DNA of 64,000 nt, from NCBI GenBank assembly GCA_964016885.1, contig OZ024740.1, forward strand, positions 367,102,001-367,166,000. The letters run 5' to 3'. Within the stretch, counting starts at the first letter, position 1. Each line of letters starts with the position of its first letter. Both the position numbers and the translations under genes were made by a program. Positions 55,915 through 64,000 of this stretch are shown here, piece after piece. Under the pieces are notes generated by a model, which saw only the letters and a program-made list of their open reading frames with translations, was not told the DNA's origin and ran no database searches. The DNA is from Eledone cirrhosa. Its lineage: Eukaryota.

Positions 55915-56191
55915 AATTTCTTACTTATATGCCATTTGTTTTAGCACACACACTAAATTTTTTATAAATAAACATATTCCATTGCACACTTCGACATTTA
56001 ACAGATGAGAGTTTAACAAATCTACAGTAAATGGGCTATTTTAACAGGATCTTTGTTTCCTGTGAAAATAGCCCATTTACTGTAGATTTATTAAACTCTC
56101 ATCTGTTAAATGTCGAAGTGTGCAATGGAATATGTTTATATATAACAAATTTAGTGCGTGTGTTAAAACAAATGGATATAAGTAAGAAATT
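55915..56191. repeat. diverged foldback/MITE-like inverted repeat, ~135-bp arms
   Basis: AATTTCTTACTTATAT...AAATGGGCTATTTT.ACAGGA and its inverse. Several substitutions between arms. Confidence 0.8.
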
Positions 56192-57939
56192 AAAAACTAG
56201 GTATCTTTGGTTTCTCATTTTATGCTATCATTTCTATTTGTCTACGTTAGAAATATGTTCTTCGGTCCATTTTAGATTACTCCTCAACATTTTAGACAGT
56301 GTGAATGATTTTTATTCACGTGACTTGTACACACACATGATTTATTTAGATACACATATCAAATAGACTATACATTGTTTTAGAAAATTAGTAAAGATGT
56401 ATTAATTCCTATTTAAATAGTCTAATAATCTCGATGTTTACTAAAAAAACTCAAAAGCAAAATTGACAATGAAACCCAAACTATTGATACATTAAGAAAA
56501 TGAATATAGCAATTAACTCTACGTAGATAAATGTTATAAATAAATCGACTGCCAAGTAAAGTTGTTTAATACAAAGTAGGTACTTTGTGTAAATCTTAAT
56601 ATTATCACCAATTTCTCAGAATCGAGAACTGTTTAGGAATATCACTGTAATTTTCATGTTTGTGAATATATCCAGTATATGTTTACAGGAATCTGAAATC
56701 ATTTGCAAAACATTTACTACCAATCAATCTTTACTTATCAAGTTTTTCTTTTTAAATGTGTTCATAGAACATTACAGGGGTGTTTAAGAAAGAACAAATT
56801 CTATTTTCTGTAACAAAAGTAGTCTCTGACAGCATTCTGTAAACATATTTTTCTTTTAGTTTCACTGCACTGTTATTTCTTTTAACTGACAGTAAATATG
56901 CATACGTTTATTTCCACCCCAGGTAATTTAGAATATCAAATGTCAAACATTTTAAGCCTTGTTATTTTCAAATAACATGCTGATCTCCAAAAGACTCCAG
57001 TCAGGTATGACAGCCAATTCTCAATATATATTTAATATCAGGTTGTCACTAGATAAAATATCCTTACAAAGAAAAACAAAAAAAAATTGAGAACTTAAGA
57101 AAAAATTACATATGATGGTGACTTGTAAAATTGAGAAATATCTAATCAAACTGCCATAGGTTGACAGAATTTCTTCTGAAAATGAAGTTAATTCAGCCCT
57201 ACTGCCAACAGATTTGAAAATACGTAATGTATTCACAAAATGGTTAAATAGTCTGTCTATTCGTTGCTCTTAATCAATAGATTCGCGTATAGCACTGGTC
57301 TTATTTCACTTCACAGCAATAGCTATTACCTTCATATCATATGCAACTGCACATAATCGTACATTGAAAGGTCGATCATTCATATATAATTCAACATTTC
57401 GTTTCTAGATTCTTTCATGTGAAAGATATTAAAAACATATTCCAAGCATAACTACATTGAAGTCATGTCAAGAAAACAGCTCTCTCATAATCAGGTAGAA
57501 GTAGACGCCTAATCTCCTCACATAGTCAGTCAAGCTGAAGTTAAGTTGCATCATAGACAGTTACTATCGGAATAGTTTTCTTAAAATCAAAATGGGAAAA
57601 AATGCACAACCTAAGTAGTAAACAAGTGGTATAAAATATCTATTTTGAGAATGCTGTAAGCCATGTCATTAATGAAGAGAAATGTAACGCAAGTGCAAAG
57701 TTTCATGCAATTCATATAACATTTTTTTTAGAAAAGCCTATAAGATAAAAATTTAAAGATAATAAAATCAAGTACAAAATGGATCTTCGTGAGTTTGGGG
57801 CGTTGTTGACTATTGAGACAGAGTACTGTCTTCCACATTTTCTCAGTTTAATTAGACGAATGGGAAACAAACGAGGAGTTTGTCCCAGGAAATTTTTATT
57901 CCTTTTCTCTTAATGCGTTATAAATAGATTTGAGCATCA

Positions 57940-59003
57940 TCTATTTATATAAAATAGTTTGTGTCTCTGTCTGTATGTATGTATGTCTGTTCCTATGCAT
58001 TCCTATGGACCAAATCAAATCAAATTTTACAAGGTAATAGTATTAGACCCCAGGAGTGTCAACACGTAATTTTTATTTTCATTTGGATTAAAACAATATA
58101 ATATTTTATTTTAAATAACATTTCTATAGTGAACAATAGTAAACCACCACCACCGCGACAATGACGACGAGTCACATTTTTAATATAAGTGTGTATGTTT
58201 CTGTGAGTGTGGGTATGTTTGCGAGTTTGGTACTATATAAGTTGCATACACATTATCTTCACACACAGACAATTAAATACACACACACACACACACATCT
58301 ACACATACAGATACATGTGATGACAGACAGGTGTGCGTGAAGTATGTCTGTGTGTGTCTGTCTTAGTATATGTATGTGAGAGTGTATGTGTGTGTGAGTG
58401 CATGTGTGTGTGAGTGTATGTAAGAGTGTATGTGTGTGTGCGTTTATGTGTGTGTCGGTGGATGTGTGTGCGAGTATGTGTGTGAGTGTAAGTGTGTGTG
58501 AGTGTATATGTAATAATTTTTATTTTCATTTGCATTAAAACAATAGAAAACAACACACCGATGTCACATTTTGTATATGAATATGTATGTGTCTGTGAGT
58601 GTGTGTGTGCGCGTTCATTAGGTACACACACACCTACACATATGTAGCAACTGACGAAAATTGAGGTGAAAAGCTATGCGTGTGTCTGCGTGAATTGAAG
58701 TCTGTGTGTGTCTGTCTTAGTATATGTATATGAGAGTGTATGTGTGTAAGTGTTTAGCAACAATTTATTTATTTATTTGGACACCAACAAAATATTACAC
58801 AATGAATATTGTTTACCCTAAGGTGCTTCAAGATTAACAGATTTTAATTTTTAAATTATATTATCATTACAATTTTGATATTTAAAAAAATAAAATATAG
58901 ATATTTTGAAATAACTATGAGAAAAAAAAAATCTTCATATTTATTGTTTTCTAATCTGAAAAAGAACAGCAGTAACCCGGGCAACGCCGGGTAATTCAGC
59001 TAG
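57940..59003 (+). mobile_element. non-autonomous Helitron
   Basis: Inserted between A57939 and T59004. 5' TC (TCTATTTATATAAAA), subterminal hairpin ACCCGG(GCAACG)CCGGGT at 58975-58992, 3' CTAG, internal microsatellite-like tracts. Confidence 0.85.
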
Positions 59004-59605
59004 TTCTTATATATAATTGTAAGTCACGAAAGAATTTGAAACTAAATAAATATTTATCAATTTTGTTTCAAAATAGAGTCTATCTTACATATTGTTAGGG
59101 ATATAATGTCGGTATAACAACCTACTATGTTATATAAAGTTAATCGTTAAATAAAATTCCTTAGAGAATAAATGTTTTGATATAAAGCCCTATACTAATC
59201 GGATAAGGAAAACATATGTTGTTTATACGCATCTTTAAAACCAGTATACGCATAAATAAAATGAAAAGGTATAATCGATAAGTGAATTAGTTTATCATTT
59301 TCTCTCGTAACTTCCTGCAATACCATGAGATGTTTTTGCAGAGCTAGACGAATGATAGTGTGTTAAAAGTCATGTCTATCTATTTCAAAGTAAAAAGAAA
59401 TCAAATTATATGAAGGTGTTATTCGGGGAGATGACGTCTGCCAATCTACTAATAATAGTCTAAAGAATCTCAAATTATTTCGCTACTTTAATAGAATGTA
59501 AATTATTTACTTTAATTTTGAGCTCAAATAAAATTTGCTGTCCATAATAAGTATTACATGAACTAAGTTAATACTTACAGTTATACCCCACTATATATAT
59601 ATATA

Positions 59606-60003
<398 letters not shown>

Positions 60004-60004
60004 C

Positions 60005-60035
<31 letters not shown>

Positions 60036-60040
60036 TATAT

Positions 60041-60523
60041 GTTGGCTGCCAACTCGTTTTCGAGTATGGCCACTACTTTATATCCATGTAGGAGAACTCC
60101 TACCGATGCGCTGAACGAGTGTGACTTTTTAGTCCAGCCAGCGACTTGAAAACTCTGGTACAAGCACTACACGTGTGACAATTATTGACACATAGTGCTG
60201 GGCCAATGGTACCTTGTGACGACAAGTGCCGAGAGATCTCCAGATATAAAACAATGCCTGTGCTGGACATCCTGAAGGACTAAAAACAAAACCTGTCAAG
60301 GGGAAAAGGAGCTCTTAAGAGTCAATGGCCATCCAAAATCAGCGGGAGAGATGAACCCTTAGCCTTTGTCAAGTCAGAATTCTAGGAGAAGGAAAACTTT
60401 CATATAACACCTGCAACTCTGATGGTATCCAATGATGTTGACTTGTTCTTCTTTTTGGTAAATATCATCTTGGTTAAGACAGTGGGGCTGGCTTTGTGCA
60501 GTGCCTTTGCTCACTATAGAAGC

Positions 60524-60526
<3 letters not shown>
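60041..60526. mobile_element. RTE-like non-autonomous element with internal inversion
   Basis: 60041-60264 matches the reverse complement of 29807-30030. 60459-60526 matches 29737-29805 directly. Confidence 0.7.
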
Positions 60527-60559
<33 letters not shown>

Positions 60560-60645
60560 AAAAAGTATGACCCCACTCTATTACCCTAAGTATTGAGTAG
60601 TCTGGGGCGTTATGATCCATCTGATTCCTTACCACAATTCCTTCG

Positions 60646-60688
<43 letters not shown>

Positions 60689-60694
<6 letters not shown>

Positions 60695-61141
60695 TGTATA
60701 TATAGTGTATTTTGCAATACACTGTATGCTTAATTAAAAGCATTTCGAAGACCTTATGCTATTGTTTTAGAGTAGTGACAGACTCACTTACTTTAATTTT
60801 CAGCAAACAGAGGAGATAAAGATGACAGGGCCCTGTTTCGCATTTATTGATGCTTATCAAAGCCAACTACTCCTCCTGTTTGCTGAAATCATGGATGTTT
60901 GGTTCTTATAGAATTCTAGTAAATAATCAGGAACTGATTATACAGACCGGTTGCCGGTGAAGCAGGAATTGAAAATTAGAATTGGTGCTCTGAAATAGCT
61001 ATATTTATATATGAATGTATATATAGTGTGTTTTGCAATACACAGTTTGCTGAAAATTAAAGTGAGTTTTTCACTACTCTAGAACAATAGCATAAGGTCT
61101 TCGAAATGCTTTTAATTAAGCATACAGTGTATTGAAAACTA

Positions 61142-61145
<4 letters not shown>
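60689..61145. mobile_element. decayed 321-bp retrozyme-like unit (1.1 units) plus inverted arm; relative of the 310-bp array
   Basis: TGAATGTATATATAGTGT at 60691 and 61012. Inversion at ~61045. HHR remnant at 60824-60860 (minus). Confidence 0.75.
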
Positions 61146-61220
<75 letters not shown>

Positions 61221-61344
61221 TATATATATATATACATATAATTGGAAATTTAGTAAAATCGAATCTTTGGCGGTTTGCAAGCAAATTCGGCCTACTTATA
61301 TGAAATGATGAGTTAGAAAATATATATATAGATACATATATGCA

Positions 61345-61424
<80 letters not shown>

Positions 61425-62096
61425 CATACATATATATATAGTGGGGTATAACTGTAAGTATTTAGGGATTGATTGAAAAGACACCTGATTTCGTTCTTCC
61501 GTTATTTTGAAATGACCTCTATATTTAAATTATATATATGTATATAAACTACAAATTGATTGACCTATATATATATCTAAAATAGACACATGAATCAATC
61601 ACAGGGATAATTTGTAAAGTGTGTAAGCACTCACAACTAGGTAGGTAACTAATTAAAGTTTAACTAGAAATTCATATATGGATACCTTTTAAAATGATTA
61701 ATCTTCCTTGTATATGTTTCATTAAAGAAATATATTTCACCATTAATCCGTAAAATCACAGTAGTCAAATCGGATTTTCAACAAGGGAGAAGATTTAACT
61801 ATCTGTATTTACACAGCAAATACAAATCTGTGAATGACCCGTCGCACGTGTTGCATTTGTAAAAATACACACATCGTACCAGCGTCATCCCAGTGGCGTG
61901 AATAGGATTATCGACAGCTAGAAATAGCAGCCGAGTCCTTTCAACTGAGTTAGCTCTACAATTAAGGGGCCGTATATATACCCAACATTAAATTAAGGAT
62001 GTCATGTTCGAGAGACATGCACCATATCCACTGTAGAATAAGCTCAAAGATTCCAATGAATAGATCGAGCATTTTATATCAACTAGAAATTGATTG

Positions 62097-62235
<139 letters not shown>

Positions 62236-62669
62236 AAGTTAATATCGCCACAGGTACTAAGTACCCCTGGAAATATATAGGGTGTCTATGATACAATGGT
62301 TGTTCAATGGTATTAATTTGACATACCAGAACTATAAAATTGAGGTAAGGGGAGCAAGTAAAATTCAAACAATTTTTTAAAATAAATAAAAAAATATAAT
62401 TTAAATATTTACCTATTCCAATTGCTTTTACCGAACGGTTTCACTTCACAAAAGATTGGAGATTCCTAGGAATCTCCAATAGAAAAGTTTAAATCACCAG
62501 AAAGCATTTTCCTTTCCTAGAACAAAAAGTCCCGGGAAAGGCAAAATATAATGCCATCTGCCAGCTAGCACAGGATCGAATGGGGCCGAACATTTGACCT
62601 ATGCATGAACCAGCCCCTAGTAGAAGCGGAAGTAAACATAGACGTGTTGTCTATCTCGCCACTAATAAT

Positions 62670-62853
62670 TGTTTCTACTTTTGGCACAAGGCCATCAATT
62701 ACCCAGTACATTACTGGTACTTTATTTTATCGACCCCGTAAGGATGAAAGGCAAAGTTAACCTCGGCGGGATTTGAACTCAGACTGTAAAGGGAGGACGT
62801 AACTATGCTGGAAAGCATGGCGTCCGACCCTCTACCGATACTGCCAATCCACA
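62670..62853 (-). mobile_element. SINE family A with 10-bp target-site duplication
   Basis: CACTAATAAT at 62660-62669 and 62854-62863. The empty site is visible in the inverted arm (~63078-63090). Confidence 0.92.
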
Positions 62854-63241
62854 CACTAATAATAGCAGCTAAATAGAACAACAGATTTGTTCTCTACATA
62901 ACGGAGTATATTAAAAGAAGTTAATATCGCCACAGGTACTAAGTACCCCTGGAAATATATAGTGTGTCTATGATACAATGGTTGTTCAATGGTATTAATT
63001 TGACATACCATAACTATAAAATTAAAGTAAATATTCTCCGTTATGTAGAGAACAAATCTGTTGTTCTATTTAGCTGCTATTTTTAGTGGTGAGATAGACA
63101 ACACGTCTATGTTTACTTCCGCTTCTACTAAGGGCTGGTTCATGCATAGGTCAACTTTTCGGCCCCATTCGATCCTGTGCTAGCTGGCAGATGGCAATAT
63201 ATTTTGCCGTTCCCAGGACTTTTTGTCCTAGGAAAGGAAAA

Positions 63242-63325
63242 TGCTTTCTGATGATCTAAACTTTTCTATTGGAGATTCCTAGGAATCTCCAATCTTTTGT
63301 GAAGTGAAACCGTTCGGTAAAAGCA
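63242..63325 (+). ncRNA. type I hammerhead with enlarged domain II
   Basis: UGCUUU-CUGAUGA-[51-nt domain II with palindrome AUUGGAGAUUCCUAGGAAUCUCCAAU]-GAAA-CC(GUUC)GG-UA-AAAGCA. The copy at 62423-62506 (minus) has core CUGGUGA. Confidence 0.75.
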
Positions 63326-63406
63326 ATTGGAATAGGTAAATATTTAAATTATATTTTTTAATTTATTTTTAAAAGTTGTTTGAATTTTGCTTGCTCCGCT
63401 TACCTC

Positions 63407-63452
<46 letters not shown>

Positions 63453-63509
63453 AACACATTGCGCATGTCTCTCGGACATAAGACCCTTAATTTAACTTTG
63501 GATATATAT

Positions 63510-63610
63510 ATATTGTTATACTTGGGGAGGGTCATATTGTTGTAATAATATTAGCAGAAATAATAACAGAACATACTCACTGTTTGGTTGGTTTTCGCTT
63601 CTGCCTCTTT
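63510..63610 (-). mobile_element. Neptune-like PLE 3' terminus remnant
   Basis: TATTGTTATACTTGGGGAGGGTCAT matches 39709-39733 and abuts (TA)n. Confidence 0.6.
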
Positions 63611-63645
63611 TATATCTCCCTAGTTAATTTATTTGGCAATCAAAG

Positions 63646-63681
<36 letters not shown>

Positions 63682-63807
63682 AATTTATTTGGCAATCAAT
63701 GTTATATATATATTAGTATTTAGGGAGTAAAATCTTTCATATTCGTTAACTTTAAAGGAACCAGTATTTTCAATTATATTTGAAAAAGAAATGACTATTC
63801 TTAAATG

Positions 63808-64000
63808 CACAAATGTCGCTGTGGATCCACAGTAGACTGCTTCGGCCCTATCCACGATCCTGCGCTCACACAGCGAGGTAATAAATCATGGCTTTAATGC
63901 TGCAGGCTTCCCCTCCCAGATCGAGCTGGTGGGGCTGGAAGAAGGGAACGGCAAAAGGCAAGATGGCATGACCGTCTTCCTGTTCCGCGGTGGTAAACCG
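63808..64000 (+). pseudogene. CRE-clade RLE domain fragment, runs off the window
   Basis: KCRCGSTVDCFG ... AAGFPSQIELVGLEEGNGKRQDGMTVFLFRGGKP, overlapping in homology with the start of the 55844 fragment. Confidence 0.7.

Noticed and set aside
56560-57480. Host coding exon or decayed gene on the minus strand (ORF 57021-57236); similar impression at 52500-53350
   Set aside because: No recognisable motifs, stops in all frames and no clear splice signals.

Overview
AT-rich, microsatellite-dense animal genomic DNA with no confidently identifiable host gene. The repeat inventory (tRNA-derived SINEs, (TA)n/(CA)n/(GA)n arrays, Penelope-like elements, Tx1 and Dong LINEs) suggests an invertebrate, probably a cephalopod such as Octopus; this is inference only. 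Contents: a decayed mariner transposon (1.2-2.3 kb); a head-to-tail stack of three Tx1/L1-clade LINEs plus a Dong/R4 3' end, all in (AAT)n (8.0-21.0 kb); more Dong/R4 and CRE relics; two kinds of Penelope-like elements (PLEs) with hammerhead ribozymes (HHRs); a non-autonomous Helitron; many SINEs. The most notable signal is a set of non-coding, self-complementary HHR-bearing repeat units that look like retrozymes (viroid-like circRNA retroelements). These are a ~9.5-copy, near-identical 310-bp array at 36.6-39.5 kb, a diverged 321-bp relative at 60.7-61.1 kb and an unrelated ~488-bp unit at 62.2-63.4 kb. All three are inserted into (TA)n as two divergent arms, the same geometry seen for the neighbouring PLEs. 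All folding and alignment was done by eye, and boundaries of decayed relics are approximate.
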